A stretch of 45,774 nt of DNA from Terracidiphilus sp. (GCA_049582405.1 JBAUTX010000105.1:1-45774), one strand, 5' to 3'. Positions 1-11,028 are shown, counted from the stretch's first letter. Made by a program: numbers and translations. The notes: generated by a model not told the origin, from the letters alone.

Positions 1-162
1 GGCGCTGCGACGCTTACTGCGCATCAGCCATGCGACGCTCGGAAGCAAAGCGAAGTCCCACCTTTTCGCCAAAGTGCAATGCGCCCGATGGATCCTGCGA
101 TCCACTCTCCGGGCGGCTGGTGCACGCCATCCACCTGTCACAGTGCGGCATCAAAGAAAGGA

Positions 163-669
163 ATGAAGATCTTTCTCTCCCGGGTCGCAATGCTTTTACT
201 CGCCGTGTCGGGATTCTGCCAGTCAGGCGGCGTTAACCCTCCAATGGATCCAAGAACCAACATGGAGGGCTTTCCAGCGTCGCGTCTTTCGGCTGAACCG
301 CCTTCTGTGAAGGATCTATCGAAGAGTCAGACCATGCTTTGGCGAGCTCGGGAACAAGGCAATGCAAAGTTAGCCAGAGCCATCCTCCCTGATACCGCAG
401 CCGTTGTGAGTTCGACCGACGCGGTCGATGGGAAGCAGTTCACTCGCCAGATTGAGGCCGGAGTTTGTCACGTCAAGAGTTTCAAGTTGGAGGATTTTAA
501 GTTCCACTCCGCCAACCCCACGACGGCCGTCCTCACCTACGATGCGATCCAGGATGCGGCATGCAATGGGCATCCGTTACCTCGAACTCTTCGGGTCCAA
601 GTGGGTTACGACGGCGGTCAAGGGAGATGGAAGATCAGTTTTTACGTCGAGGAGTCGCAACGTCCCTAA
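163..669 (+). CDS. Secreted NTF2/SnoaL-like (DUF4440-like) protein
   Basis: ATG at 163 follows AAAGGA; N-terminal signal-like segment MKIFLSRVAMLLLAVSG; C-terminal pattern (SFKLEDFKF...TAVLTY...GRWKISFYVE) fits the NTF2-like fold. ORF-track start at 79 is probably too long. Confidence 0.6.
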   Translation: MKIFLSRVAMLLLAVSGFCQSGGVNPPMDPRTNMEGFPASRLSAEPPSVKDLSKSQTMLWRAREQGNAKLARAILPDTAAVVSSTDAVDGKQFTRQIEAGVCHVKSFKLEDFKFHSANPTTAVLTYDAIQDAACNGHPLPRTLRVQVGYDGGQGRWKISFYVEESQRP

Positions 670-792
670 GATCGTTGTGAACACTTGCGCCAAATGGCCT
701 GCAAGGATGGCTCTTGGCAGGCTCAGGCGACAGCAGCGTCCAGGGGGCCGCGAGGCAACTTCCGCCGCCTCTCGGACTGAATCGACAATGCG

Positions 793-1368
793 CTAGAAGA
801 TCTTGTAGCCGATGCCGGTGCTGAAGCCGTAGGGGTTCAGGGTTCCGCGTACCCAGTCCGGCAGCTGCTGATACTCGAAATCGACAGGGCGGTAGGAGAG
901 ACGCTTCGTCAGCTTGAGGTCCACACCGCCGCCATAGGCGAGCGTCGTGAAGCGGCCATAGGCGTAGTCATACTCGAAGTTCATTTTCGTCATGCCGACC
1001 AGGAACTTGCCGTAGGGTGTGGCGTGCATGTAGTGAAATTCGTGAATCGGCACCTTGGGGCCGATGAGGTAATTGTCCTGGCTGATGTTCAGGTACTCAT
1101 TCAGGTGGTTCCAGCGGCCCTCGGCTTCGACCTCAAACCAGCGGCGCATGTGGATGTCTGCGTAGGCTCCGAAGCCGAAGAGGGTGTTCGGGCTGGACTT
1201 TGCGATCCCATTGCCGGCGTAGTCAGGCTGGAATGCGGAGAAGAGCCCGCCAACAGTGATGGAGAGCTGTCCGCGCTTAGCCGCTGGCGCAACCTGTGCG
1301 TGAGCAGTGAGGGAGCCTGCGGTAAAGAGGCAGGCCAGAAGGCAAAAAGCAAGTCTTTGCATGGTCAC
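793..1368 (-). CDS. Small outer-membrane beta-barrel protein
   Basis: Signal peptide ending AHA-Q, alternating amphipathic beta strands (YGGGVDLKL, FEYQ), C-terminal GIGYKIF with terminal Phe (BAM signal). Confidence 0.8.
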   Translation of the reverse strand: MTMQRLAFCLLACLFTAGSLTAHAQVAPAAKRGQLSITVGGLFSAFQPDYAGNGIAKSSPNTLFGFGAYADIHMRRWFEVEAEGRWNHLNEYLNISQDNYLIGPKVPIHEFHYMHATPYGKFLVGMTKMNFEYDYAYGRFTTLAYGGGVDLKLTKRLSYRPVDFEYQQLPDWVRGTLNPYGFSTGIGYKIF

Positions 1369-1485
1369 CCTAGGTACAGAAGAAATTCAGTTCTTTAGAA
1401 ATGCTTTCCTGTTGCACTCTTTTTGGGGAGCAACCTGAAAGGTGCCGGACCGTCCTGCGTGCAGGCCGGTCCGTTGGGGCCTGAT

Positions 1486-3291
1486 TCACTGATTACTGCC
1501 GGCTTGCTGCTGGACAGCGGGTGGCTGAGCGGATGCCGGCGCGGTTGTTCCTGGCGCCGCCTGTCCGCCGCCCGCTGGCTGCGATGGCGCTGCCGGTGCC
1601 GGGTTGGCCGCTTCATAGCGCTGCAGCTTGAAGTAGATCGGGGTGACTTCGAGCGGCATCTTGTCGCGCGGATTCATCGGCGCGTAGCGCTTGGCATTCA
1701 GCATGCGCACTCTGTCATCCCAGGGGTCGGTCTTCAGCCAGCTGCCCAGCGGCAGCGCCGGAATCTGGGTGAGATCGTCCCAGTTGATCTTGGGCGCGCT
1801 TTCGGCCAGTTGGGCCATCCAGGGCGTACCGTCGGTCTTCAGAAGGCTATCGCCCAGCTTCGGCGTGTTCAAAGCGTGCAGCGCCTTACCACGATCTGCA
1901 AGCGCCTCCCAGTACAAGCCCGCATTCGGCAGCTTGTCCTTATACATGGAGGCCTGCAGGTACGTCTGGGCCTGCTTGGCTGCCGTCACGTTATCCGTAT
2001 CGGTGTGGTACATGTCGATACGCTGGAAGGTTGCCTCATCCGGGAAGAGCAGCCGGTCGTTGAAAGCGTACCGCGTGTCGATGTGGTGGCCGAGCACGAT
2101 GTGCGCGAGCTCCATCGCGACGACGGATGCGATCGCTTCTTCGCTCGGCAGCGTATCCAGCAGCCCCTTGCTGATGAGAATCGTGTTGCCCACCGTTGTT
2201 GTTTCGATCGTGTTCGTCAGCAGCACGCGGCAGTGCACCGGGCTCATGAATTCCAGATTGTTTGGCACGGACAGGTTGACCACAATCTGGTCCAGCACCT
2301 TGGTCTCGTAGCCGTCCGGCGTCAGCGGAGCCAGCAGGCCAGCCTGTTCGAGCCGGTCGATGACGTTGTTTTCAGCCTCCGACAGCCACTCACGCGATGC
2401 CTGCAGCGGGCTTACGTCCTGCGAGTCGTCACTCTTGTCGACCGCATCTTCCACGGTCATGCTCACGTTCTCGCTCTCGCGCGTAGGCAGCTTCAGGCTG
2501 TAGCCCCAGAAATGCGTCTGTGCCTTCAGCCCCATGCCTTTGTTGGTATCGCCGCGGTTGCTCTCTTCCACGTAGATCGCGACTGGCAGCCAGACGCCCG
2601 GCTGCACGTTGCTGCGCCAACTGTCAAAGTGGAAATAGTAGCGCGAGTCATTCTCTGAGGTGGGGCCCGTGTAGGTGCCGTTGAAGCGCACAATGTTGCC
2701 ATCCTGGTCTTCCACCCACACGCGTCCGTAGAAGCGGCCCATGCCGCTCACTTTGGGATGCACGTCAAACACCCACGTCCGCACCGAACCCAGGAACTCC
2801 CTGCGCACATACGAGAATACATAGTGATTCTCGTCGAAGCTGGTGGGATCGAGGAACATCATCTGCATGAAGCCCGTGGGGTTGTACGTAAACCGCTTGT
2901 CGAGTCCCAGCGCGGTGGTCAGTCCTGTAATGGCCGCCAGCGATCCCTTGAAAAAGCCATGCTTCGCATTGGCCTCGCGCGGCTCGTAGGTCTTGTCATA
3001 GAACGTCTTGCCGAAGTCCACGCGGCTCAACATGTACTGGTCGTCCACCGGAATCGTATAGAGCTTCGGGTCAGGCCGCGTGTCCTGAATGTAAGTCTCC
3101 ACCAGTGGTGTGTGGTCCTGGATGTTCTTGATCAGAATCTTTTCCTGCGCAATGGCCTTCTGCACCAGCACTTCCTGATCGGGAGTCAGGGGATGGCTCT
3201 GTTGATACTGCGGTGCCTTTTTCTTCGCATTTGCCCAGGATGCCCCCAGGATGAACAGCAAAAAAAGCAGAGAAAACTTCCGAAAGGTCAT
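1486..3291 (-). CDS. Secreted protein with M48-peptidase-like domain (degenerate zinc motif)
   Basis: Signal peptide; GNTILISKGLLDTLPSEEAIASVVAMELAHIVLGH matches the M48 context, but HEXXH reads MELAH; N-terminal beta-rich region (FYGRVWVEDQDGNIVRF); Pro/Ala/Gln tail. Confidence 0.7.
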   Translation of the reverse strand: MTFRKFSLLFLLFILGASWANAKKKAPQYQQSHPLTPDQEVLVQKAIAQEKILIKNIQDHTPLVETYIQDTRPDPKLYTIPVDDQYMLSRVDFGKTFYDKTYEPREANAKHGFFKGSLAAITGLTTALGLDKRFTYNPTGFMQMMFLDPTSFDENHYVFSYVRREFLGSVRTWVFDVHPKVSGMGRFYGRVWVEDQDGNIVRFNGTYTGPTSENDSRYYFHFDSWRSNVQPGVWLPVAIYVEESNRGDTNKGMGLKAQTHFWGYSLKLPTRESENVSMTVEDAVDKSDDSQDVSPLQASREWLSEAENNVIDRLEQAGLLAPLTPDGYETKVLDQIVVNLSVPNNLEFMSPVHCRVLLTNTIETTTVGNTILISKGLLDTLPSEEAIASVVAMELAHIVLGHHIDTRYAFNDRLLFPDEATFQRIDMYHTDTDNVTAAKQAQTYLQASMYKDKLPNAGLYWEALADRGKALHALNTPKLGDSLLKTDGTPWMAQLAESAPKINWDDLTQIPALPLGSWLKTDPWDDRVRMLNAKRYAPMNPRDKMPLEVTPIYFKLQRYEAANPAPAAPSQPAGGGQAAPGTTAPASAQPPAVQQQAGSNQ

Positions 3292-3391
3292 TCATTGCTC
3301 CTAGGTGTTGCGTCTCGTTCCTTATACCGCACCTGCCACGACCGCTCCACTTCTGCAAAGTCCGGCCTCCGAGCGGTGGGCCATGGTTGTC

Positions 3392-4474
3392 TTAAGCCAA
3401 TTGAAAGGAAATTGTAATGTTCGTCGTCAAGTCGACTGGCCGTCCGTTCCGTGTAGCCGGCCGGAAGCGGATTTCCTGCGCTACGCGCCGCGCTTCCTCG
3501 TCCAGCCCGTGGCCCAGTCCATGAACCACCCCATGCACAACCACCGAGCCGTTCGCCGTGAAGGTCACGCTGAGTATGACATCGCCCTGCACCTTCAGCT
3601 GGCGCGCCTCGGAAGTGTATTTGGCGGGCGGCTTGGAAAGCACCTCGAGACTCGTCGACGCCGGTTCCACCGCTCTGGGGGCGGTCGCTGCCACAGTTGT
3701 CATTCCGGGAATTCCTGCTGACGCCACGTGCCCGGTCATGCCTGTTGCGGCTGTCCCGGTTCCTCCGGGAATGCCCGCCGAAGCGACATGACCCACCACG
3801 CCAGCATTCGAGCCCGCACGTGTCCCGTTTCCAATCCCCGTCGAGCCAACAACGCCGCGCGGAGCCACGGCCGGGCCGTTCATTCCGCCATAGGGATTGC
3901 CAATCGCTGCCACAGTCGCTGCGCGGGAAGCATTCGGGTTTGGCGTCACGCCGAAGGTCTGTCCGAGGTGCACGGGGGCCGTGGACACTTTCTCCTGAGC
4001 CACCTGTGCAGGTGCGGCTGCCGTGAGCGCAGCCTTCGGCTGCGGCGCTAGAATCACGGCGGGCTTGGCTTCCTTCACCTGGGGCGTGTTCAGCTTCGCC
4101 TCCATCTCGATTGGCTTCAGCGCCGGCTTGGGCTCGGGCCTGGGAAGATTAATCTTCGGCGTCTCAAGCTTGACCACCGGCGGCTTTGGCAGGTCCTCCA
4201 CCTTCGGCGGCGGAGGAGCCTTGACCTGGATCTTTGGAGGAGGCGGGGGAGTGGTGGGAAAAATGAGCTCCGTCTGCTCATACTTCCTTTGCTGAATGAC
4301 GTGCTTTGCCATCATCCCCAGATAGAACACCGTCACCAAAATCATCAGATTTACAACGGAGCTCGTAATGAAAGACGCAGACCTGCCTTCCGGCTCTGGA
4401 AGCAGACCCAGACAGGGCTGAACTTGGAAGCGATTCACCGACATACGATCCATCCCTTGGGCCTCATCATCCAT
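3392..4474 (-). CDS. TonB family energy transducer
   Basis: Single N-terminal TM helix, long Pro/Lys-rich linker, C-terminal TonB_C domain (PAKYTSEARQLKVQGDVILSVTF...GLGHGLDEEA...IRFRPATRNGRPV). Start could instead be 4444. Confidence 0.88.
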   Translation of the reverse strand: MDDEAQGMDRMSVNRFQVQPCLGLLPEPEGRSASFITSSVVNLMILVTVFYLGMMAKHVIQQRKYEQTELIFPTTPPPPPKIQVKAPPPPKVEDLPKPPVVKLETPKINLPRPEPKPALKPIEMEAKLNTPQVKEAKPAVILAPQPKAALTAAAPAQVAQEKVSTAPVHLGQTFGVTPNPNASRAATVAAIGNPYGGMNGPAVAPRGVVGSTGIGNGTRAGSNAGVVGHVASAGIPGGTGTAATGMTGHVASAGIPGMTTVAATAPRAVEPASTSLEVLSKPPAKYTSEARQLKVQGDVILSVTFTANGSVVVHGVVHGLGHGLDEEARRVAQEIRFRPATRNGRPVDLTTNITISFQLA

Positions 4475-5148
4475 TTGTCAAGAAACTGCTGCCCACGCAT
4501 TGTTGCAGCCTTCATTCGGAACTCGGGCTCCACGCGTTTTACTCCTGAAGCTGTTGATGCCAGTCCGGCCCTGCTTTGTTGCCGGGAGTGGTGAGTATCG
4601 ATGACACGGATGTCACGTGCTCCATGTTTCTGCACGCGATGCGCCCTATCGTCTTCTGATTGGGTGAACACCGGATTGTGCTGGCAGTTGTGTGAGCCGG
4701 CGCGCTCGACTGGCGCAGGGATGTGGCTGGCCGACCCATGCACTCGCCCGTTGACGGCTGGGCAGCGAACCGGGTAACCAAGACGCTCTCGCGCACATGC
4801 GTGGGACGGCTGCGCCGGCCCGGCGCAACTGCCCGCGGGCCCGGTCGAAACGCGAAATCCGCCAGCCGAAACATTAAGCATGCAAACCCCGGACATCCAG
4901 ACTCTCCATGGCGTGTCCAAGACATCTGAGAACAAACGCGTCAGGTCCAAATGCCGGAAAGCAATCCTCCTAATCCACCTCGACGACATCCTAGAGCATG
5001 GATTAAGCTTCCGTTTGGAGGACCAAGGGAATCACAACCTGGGCCGCCTGAATGACGGTCTTTACAGCTGGGGCCGAGGCCTTCGCTGCTGTGTCTATTG
5101 TAATAGACTTTACGTTACCCGAAAGCGTTCCTCGAGGACAGGATTTTT

Positions 5149-6159
5149 GTGAAGATATTGGTTACTGGCGGGGCAGGATATGTCGGTGGAACTGTCGCCG
5201 GCCTGTTGGCGGCGCGAGGGCATAAGCCAGTTGTATTCGACAACTTGAGCCATGGGCGGCGAGATCTTGTGCCTGCGGGGGCTGAGTTTGTGGAAGGTGA
5301 GCTCTCAGATCGGGCTCATCTTGAAAAGCTTTTCATCGAGGCCCGGAATGCCGGTGAGCCTTTCGACGGCGTATTGCACTTTGCCGCCCTGATCGAGGCT
5401 GGCGAATCGATGCAGCGGCCGGAGTTGTACTTCCGCAACAACACAGCTTCAACGCTCTCGCTGCTGGAAGCGATGCTGGCGCATGGACCACGCCGGCTGG
5501 TGTTTTCCTCGACAGCGGCCGTGTATGGCGAGCCGGAATCGGTGCCGATTCTGGAAGATGCCAGGCTGAAGCCGACGAATACCTACGGGGAGTCCAAGCT
5601 GCTGGTGGAGTCCATGCTGGGATGGTTCCATCGCATCCACGGGCTGCGTTCGGCTTCGCTGCGCTATTTCAACGTGGCTGGGGCGCCGGAAGGTCCGGAA
5701 GGCATTACAAGCGGCGAGGCTCACGAGCCGGAGTCGCATCTGATCCCGCTGATTCTGGATGTGGCGCTGGGCCGCCGGGCATCCATCCGGATCTATGGCG
5801 ATGACTACCCCACGCATGATGGCACCTGCATTCGTGACTATATTCATGTATCGGACCTTGCCGATGCGCATCTGCTCGCGCTGGACGCCCTTGAAACGCC
5901 CGCTGCAGAGAAGGAGCGCCTGGTCTATAACCTCGGCAACGGGCAGGGATTTACGGTGCGCGAAGTGATTGAGTCGGCGCGGCGGGTGACCGGACACCCG
6001 ATTCCGGCCGAGGTCCATCCGCGGCGGGCGGGCGACCCGGCGGTGCTGGTGGCGAGCTCGGAGAAGGCAATTCGCGAGCTTGGCTGGAAGCCTCGCTACA
6101 CGCAATTGGACGCAATCCTTCGAACGGCCTGGATCTGGCACCAGAAACGCTACGCCTGA
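5149..6159 (+). CDS. galE: UDP-glucose 4-epimerase
   Basis: TGGAGYVG Rossmann motif, HFAALIEAGES, FSSTAAVYG, YGESK, LRYFNVAGA, DGTCIRDYIHVSDLA, YNLGNGQGF. Confidence 0.95.
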   Translation: MKILVTGGAGYVGGTVAGLLAARGHKPVVFDNLSHGRRDLVPAGAEFVEGELSDRAHLEKLFIEARNAGEPFDGVLHFAALIEAGESMQRPELYFRNNTASTLSLLEAMLAHGPRRLVFSSTAAVYGEPESVPILEDARLKPTNTYGESKLLVESMLGWFHRIHGLRSASLRYFNVAGAPEGPEGITSGEAHEPESHLIPLILDVALGRRASIRIYGDDYPTHDGTCIRDYIHVSDLADAHLLALDALETPAAEKERLVYNLGNGQGFTVREVIESARRVTGHPIPAEVHPRRAGDPAVLVASSEKAIRELGWKPRYTQLDAILRTAWIWHQKRYA

Positions 6160-6383
6160 AGAGCGAACTGCGCGGATGCGCCGTACGCAGCGTTGTTTTC
6201 ATCGTATCGAAGTGGATCGTTTGGCCGCATTCGTTTCATGCTAGACTTCGCCTCAGGCATTTCCAACAATGCCTGTTCGTGCATTCGCCAGTCTGGGGTC
6301 GGCGTCTGTGCATGCACGTTGCAAACGGTCCGATCGAACGACAGTCAGCTCTCTTACCCAGCCTGCCCGTGAGGAGGCACGCT

Positions 6384-7343
6384 ATGAAGAGCACCTCGTT
6401 CGCCTTGCTCTCTCTGTTCTCTCTTCTGCCAATTGCCGCGTATTCCGCAGAACACCTCATTCCAGCCGGGGCACTGATCGAGTGCACGGTGTCTGAGCCG
6501 AAGCTGTCTTCGAAGACAGAGGCTGTTGGTGATCCGGTACTGTGCCGGGCGGTGTATTCGGCACGCTACGGGAGTACGGCGCTGCCGTATGACAGCTTTC
6601 TGATTGGGCGCTTTGAGGACTACAAGGATCCGGGACACTTCGTCGGGAAGGGCTGGATGGAGCTGAAGTTTGACCGGATGCTTATTGAGCCGGATACGGT
6701 GATTCCGATCGACGCCAAGGTGGTGAACGTTCCCGGCTACAATGTGGACCGCGAAGGTCGCATCCTGGGCAAGGGCCATCCCGTACGCGACACCGTGGAA
6801 TGGACCATTCCGATTCTGTGGCCCATCGACATGATCGACCTGCCACGGCGCGGCCCTCGGCCCACGCTGCGCTCGGAGACGCGGCTGACGCTGAAGGTGA
6901 TGGATGACCTGGGCGTTCCAGCGACGCCGGAGCCAGAGCCGGATGTGCATGGGCTGTATCGACGCGAGCCGAGCGTCTACACGCAGCCAGAGCAGCCGCC
7001 TGTGCGCACGGTTCCGCTGCGGACACAGCCGCAGCCATCGCAAGGGAACTGGTATGGCGGTGCGGTCCTGAGCAATGCGGGGAACGAATTTGACTCCCAT
7101 CGCATGCCGTACATCGGGCCTGGTACGCCAACCAGTGAGGACGGCCAGCAACCTGTGACGGTGGTGTTCAATGACGGTCGCCCTCCCGCATTGATCTACA
7201 ACTACGTGCTGACACCGACGGCGCTCTATGTGCTGGACGGGTATCGTTACTCGGTGCCGCTCGATCAGGTGGACGTGGCCGCAACGGATCGCGTGAATCG
7301 GATGTCGGGAGTCAATTTCCATCTTCCCTTAAGCTCGCAGTGA
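6384..7343 (+). CDS. Secreted hypothetical protein (VirB10/TrbI-like beta domain, Pro-rich linker, small C-terminal beta domain)
   Basis: GAGGAGG RBS at 6371-6377 before ATG 6384; signal peptide; IPAGALIECTV...LSSKT..VGDPV and LRSETRLTLKV patterns typical of TrbI-like domains. Confidence 0.6.
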   Translation: MKSTSFALLSLFSLLPIAAYSAEHLIPAGALIECTVSEPKLSSKTEAVGDPVLCRAVYSARYGSTALPYDSFLIGRFEDYKDPGHFVGKGWMELKFDRMLIEPDTVIPIDAKVVNVPGYNVDREGRILGKGHPVRDTVEWTIPILWPIDMIDLPRRGPRPTLRSETRLTLKVMDDLGVPATPEPEPDVHGLYRREPSVYTQPEQPPVRTVPLRTQPQPSQGNWYGGAVLSNAGNEFDSHRMPYIGPGTPTSEDGQQPVTVVFNDGRPPALIYNYVLTPTALYVLDGYRYSVPLDQVDVAATDRVNRMSGVNFHLPLSSQ

Positions 7344-7434
7344 CCCTGAAGGGAAGCGCACAGTCACTCCGCTCCCCCGGTAGTATGCTCTAGGTGTGAT
7401 TTTTCAGCGTGTTCACGCCGCCTGAAGGGGAGCC

Positions 7435-9114
7435 ATGACCGCGACGACAGTTCCTGTGATTCGCGCACCGCGCGGAAAGACGCTGCGCTGCAAAGGCTGG
7501 CAGCAGGAAGCTGCTCTGCGCTGCCTGATGAACAACCTTGATCCTGAGGTGGCTGAGCGGCCAGCGGACCTCGTGGTGTATGGAGGCATCGGACGCGCAG
7601 CACGCAACTGGGAGTGCTTCCACGCGATTGTGCGCGAGCTGGAACAACTGGGCGATGAAGAGACGCTGCTGGTGCAGTCCGGCAAGCCGGTGGCGGTGTT
7701 TCCGACCCATGCCATGGCGCCGCGTGTGCTGATTGCGAACTCGAATCTGGTGGGGAAGTGGGCGACCTGGGAGCATTTTCACGAGCTCGACCGCAAAGGC
7801 CTGATGATGTATGGCCAGATGACGGCGGGAAGCTGGATTTACATCGGAACACAGGGCATTCTGCAAGGAACCTTCCAGACCTTTGCCGCGCTCGCCGAGC
7901 AGCACTTTGGCGGATCGGACAGTGCGGGGACTTTGAAGGGCAAGCTGGTTGTGACAGGTGGCATGGGCGGGATGGGCGGCGCGCAGCCCTTGAGCGTGAC
8001 GCTGAACGGTGGCGTGGTGCTGGCCGTGGATGTGGACCGCAGCCGCATTGAGCGGCGTGTGGAAACGCGCTACTGCGACACGCTGACTGAGAGCCTGGAT
8101 GAGGCGCTGGCGCTGTGTGAATCGGCTAGGCGCGAAGGGCGCGCGCTTTCTGTGGGGCTTGTGGGCAACTGTGCGGATGTGCTGCCGGAGATCGTGCGCC
8201 GCGGCGTGCATGTCGACGTGGTCACGGACCAGACCAGCGCGCATGATCCGCTGAACGGCTATGTGCCGCATGGGATTCCGCTGGCCGAAGCGCTCGCGCT
8301 GCGGAAGAGCGATCCGGAAGAATACGCGCGGCGCTCGACCGCGTCGATGGTGGTGCACGTGAATGCGATGCTGGCCTTGCAGCGCGCGGGCGCGGTGACG
8401 TTCGACTATGGCAACAACATTCGCCGCTTCGCTTTTGATGCAGGATGCGCCGATGCCTTCCTCATCCCCGGATTTGTCCCGGAGTATATCCGGCCGCTGT
8501 TTTGTACCGGTACGGGGCCGTTCCGGTGGGTTGCGCTTTCGGGCGATGCCAGGGATATTGACCGCACGGATGAGCTGGCGCTCGAACTATTTCCCGACAA
8601 TGAAATTTTGAAGCGCTGGATGCGGCTGGCGCGGGGGCGCTTTGCGTATCAGGGGCTGCCGGCGCGCATCTGCTGGTTGAGCTACGGCGAGCGCGCCAAG
8701 ATGGGCCTGGCCATCAACGAGCTGGTCCGCAAGGGTGAGATCTCTGCGCCCATCGCGATGGGGCGCGACCATCTGGATACCGGATCCGTTGCGAGCCCCT
8801 ATCGCGAGACGGAGAAGATGCTCGACGGCTCGGATGCCGTCGCGGACTGGCCGATTCTGAATGCGCTGCTGAACACAGCATCCGGAGCCACGTGGGTGAG
8901 CTTCCATCATGGTGGAGGCGTGGGCATGGGCTACTCGCTGCACGCCGGGCAGGTGACGGTGGCGGATGGCACAGCGGAGGCCGCGCGACGCATTGAACGT
9001 GTGCTGAATAACGACCCCGGTCTGGGCGTGGCGCGTCATGCGGACGCAGGCTATGAACTGGCGCGCAAGACGGCGCGCGAACGCGGCATTCATCTCCCGA
9101 TGGCGGACAAATAA
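7435..9114 (+). CDS. hutU: Urocanate hydratase
   Basis: [79 protein letters not shown]. Confidence 0.97.
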   Translation: MTATTVPVIRAPRGKTLRCKGWQQEAALRCLMNNLDPEVAERPADLVVYGGIGRAARNWECFHAIVRELEQLGDEETLLVQSGKPVAVFPTHAMAPRVLIANSNLVGKWATWEHFHELDRKGLMMYGQMTAGSWIYIGTQGILQGTFQTFAALAEQHFGGSDSAGTLKGKLVVTGGMGGMGGAQPLSVTLNGGVVLAVDVDRSRIERRVETRYCDTLTESLDEALALCESARREGRALSVGLVGNCADVLPEIVRRGVHVDVVTDQTSAHDPLNGYVPHGIPLAEALALRKSDPEEYARRSTASMVVHVNAMLALQRAGAVTFDYGNNIRRFAFDAGCADAFLIPGFVPEYIRPLFCTGTGPFRWVALSGDARDIDRTDELALELFPDNEILKRWMRLARGRFAYQGLPARICWLSYGERAKMGLAINELVRKGEISAPIAMGRDHLDTGSVASPYRETEKMLDGSDAVADWPILNALLNTASGATWVSFHHGGGVGMGYSLHAGQVTVADGTAEAARRIERVLNNDPGLGVARHADAGYELARKTARERGIHLPMADK

Positions 9115-9116
9115 GC

Positions 9117-10367
9117 ATGGCAAGCACGACTGCGGTGGTGAACATTGGGCAGCTGGTCACCATGGCAGGACCAGCGCGCCCACGCGTGGGCAGGGAACTC
9201 GCGGAGCTTGGCATTGTCACCGATGGTGCGCTCCTGATTGAAGACGGGCGCATTGTTGCAGTGGGCTCGTATCAGGACGTCCTGCCCGCCATTCCGCGTT
9301 TCGCGCGCATGATTGATGCCGGTGGGCGCACGGTGACTCCGGGCTTTGTGGATGCGCACACGCATCTGGTGTTCGCGGGGAATCGCGCGGATGAATTCGA
9401 GATGCGGGTTGCAGGCAGCACCTATCAAGAGATTGCGGCAGCGGGAGGCGGGATTCTGCGCACCGTGCAGAGGACGCGGGCAGCGGGCGAGGATCAGCTC
9501 TTCGCGGAGGCTCGCCGGCACTGCAACTGGATGATGCGCGCGGGCACCACGACGATTGAGGCGAAATCCGGCTACGGCCTCGATCATGACACAGAGCTGC
9601 GCATGTTGCGCGTGATTGGCCGGCTGAACGACGAGGGCTTTGCGACATTCGTGCCGACCCTGCTCGCAGCCCACACGGTGCCTCCGGAGTTTAAGGAGAG
9701 GCGGACGGAGTATGTGCGCTGGGTGGCGGAATCGTTGATTCCCGAGGTCGCGAAGGCGCGGCTTGCGGTATTTTGCGACGCCTTTTGCGATGAGCACGCC
9801 TTTACGGTAGACGAGACGCGCACGGTGCTGGCGGCTGCCGGAAGGCATGGCATGCAGTTGCGTCTTCACTGTGAGCAGTTTCAGGCGGGAACCGGTGCAG
9901 ACCTCGCCGCGGAGCTGCATGCCCGCACCGCGGATCATCTGGAGGCGGTCACGCGAGATTCGCTGGTGAAGTTGCGCGCTGTCGGGGTGCAACCCGTGCT
10001 GCTGCCGGGGTCCGTCTTTGCGCTGGGCCGGACTCAGTATCCGCCTGCTCGCATGATGGTGGAGCTGGGGCTGGCGATCGTGCTTGCGACGGATTTCAAC
10101 CCGGGATCTTCACCGATTGTCTCGATGCCATTCGTGCTTTCACTGGCGTGCCTCCAGATGGGGCTCTCTCCGGCGGAGGCGTTGACGGCAGCGACGATCA
10201 ACGCAGCGTGGAGCCTGAATCTGGGCCGGCGGGTGGGGTCGCTGGAAGCAGGCAAGCAGGCGGATTTTCTCGTCCACGAGTTCCATGACTACCGGGAACT
10301 TGTGTATTTCATTGCATCGCCCGCGCGGCCGAGGGTCTTCACGGCCGGCGTGGAAGCGGTGCACTGA
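9117..10367 (+). CDS. hutI: Imidazolonepropionase
   Basis: PGFVDAHTHLVFAGNRADEF, GGGIL, EAKSGYGL, DHLE, ATDFNPG; begins 2 bp after hutU. Confidence 0.95.
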   Translation: MASTTAVVNIGQLVTMAGPARPRVGRELAELGIVTDGALLIEDGRIVAVGSYQDVLPAIPRFARMIDAGGRTVTPGFVDAHTHLVFAGNRADEFEMRVAGSTYQEIAAAGGGILRTVQRTRAAGEDQLFAEARRHCNWMMRAGTTTIEAKSGYGLDHDTELRMLRVIGRLNDEGFATFVPTLLAAHTVPPEFKERRTEYVRWVAESLIPEVAKARLAVFCDAFCDEHAFTVDETRTVLAAAGRHGMQLRLHCEQFQAGTGADLAAELHARTADHLEAVTRDSLVKLRAVGVQPVLLPGSVFALGRTQYPPARMMVELGLAIVLATDFNPGSSPIVSMPFVLSLACLQMGLSPAEALTAATINAAWSLNLGRRVGSLEAGKQADFLVHEFHDYRELVYFIASPARPRVFTAGVEAVH

Positions 10368-10515
10368 GCCTGACTTCGGGCGCGGCTCGTCGCGGGTCGC
10401 CACACCGCCTAAAATGCTGTGTTGCCGGTCACGTATCGGCACGCGACATGGCTTGCTATGATGGTGGGCGGAAAACTGCAGCCGTCTTTTGATGCGGTCC
10501 GCCAAGGAGAACGCG

Positions 10516-11028
10516 ATGTCTCACGCAAAAGCACACAGCGCCATTCCCAAGAAGATCCTGGTACCGATTGATTTCAGCTCTTCCTCTCATGCGGCACTGG
10601 ACGCAGCGATCGAACTTGCCGAGAAGTTTCTTTCCGAGATCATTCTGCTTCACGTGATCCCGGCGTTTCCCAATGTTTCGATTCCCGGTTCGATTACGGA
10701 AGCTGCCGTGGTGGAGGAAGCGAGGAAGGCAGCGGAAGAACGTTTTGTGCTGTCGAAGAACGCGCTCCACGCAAAGGGCATTAGGGCCAACTCGAGTGTG
10801 GAAGTGGGCAACGACGTGGCCGGCTCGATTCTCGACGCGGTGGAGCGGGATCATGCAGATCTGCTCGTAATTTCTACGCACGGCCTTTCGGGCTGGTACC
10901 CGATGGTCTTCGGTTCGATTGCCGAAAAGATTGTGAAGCTGGTGCAGTGCCCCGTTCTGCTGCTGCGGACGCCGCGACCTGAGTCGACTGCAAAGGTGCC
11001 TTTTGGCCGCTCGATGGAGTGGTGGTAG
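10516..11028 (+). CDS. Universal stress protein (UspA family)
   Basis: KKILVPIDFSSSS, ADLLVISTHG, FGSIAEKIVKLVQCPVLLL; AAGGAG RBS before ATG 10516. Confidence 0.92.
   Translation: MSHAKAHSAIPKKILVPIDFSSSSHAALDAAIELAEKFLSEIILLHVIPAFPNVSIPGSITEAAVVEEARKAAEERFVLSKNALHAKGIRANSSVEVGNDVAGSILDAVERDHADLLVISTHGLSGWYPMVFGSIAEKIVKLVQCPVLLLRTPRPESTAKVPFGRSMEWW

Noticed and set aside
1446..1473. Hairpin after the M48-like gene as a terminator
   Set aside because: Imperfect stem, very small loop and only a weak, offset U-run on the minus strand.
6384..7343. Type IV secretion/conjugation gene
   Set aside because: Only a VirB10-like beta domain in a secreted protein; no other T4SS genes in the window.
7435..10367. 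Incomplete hut operon (no hutH/hutG/hutF) as a novelty
   Set aside because: Split hut genes are common; the others may lie elsewhere in the genome.
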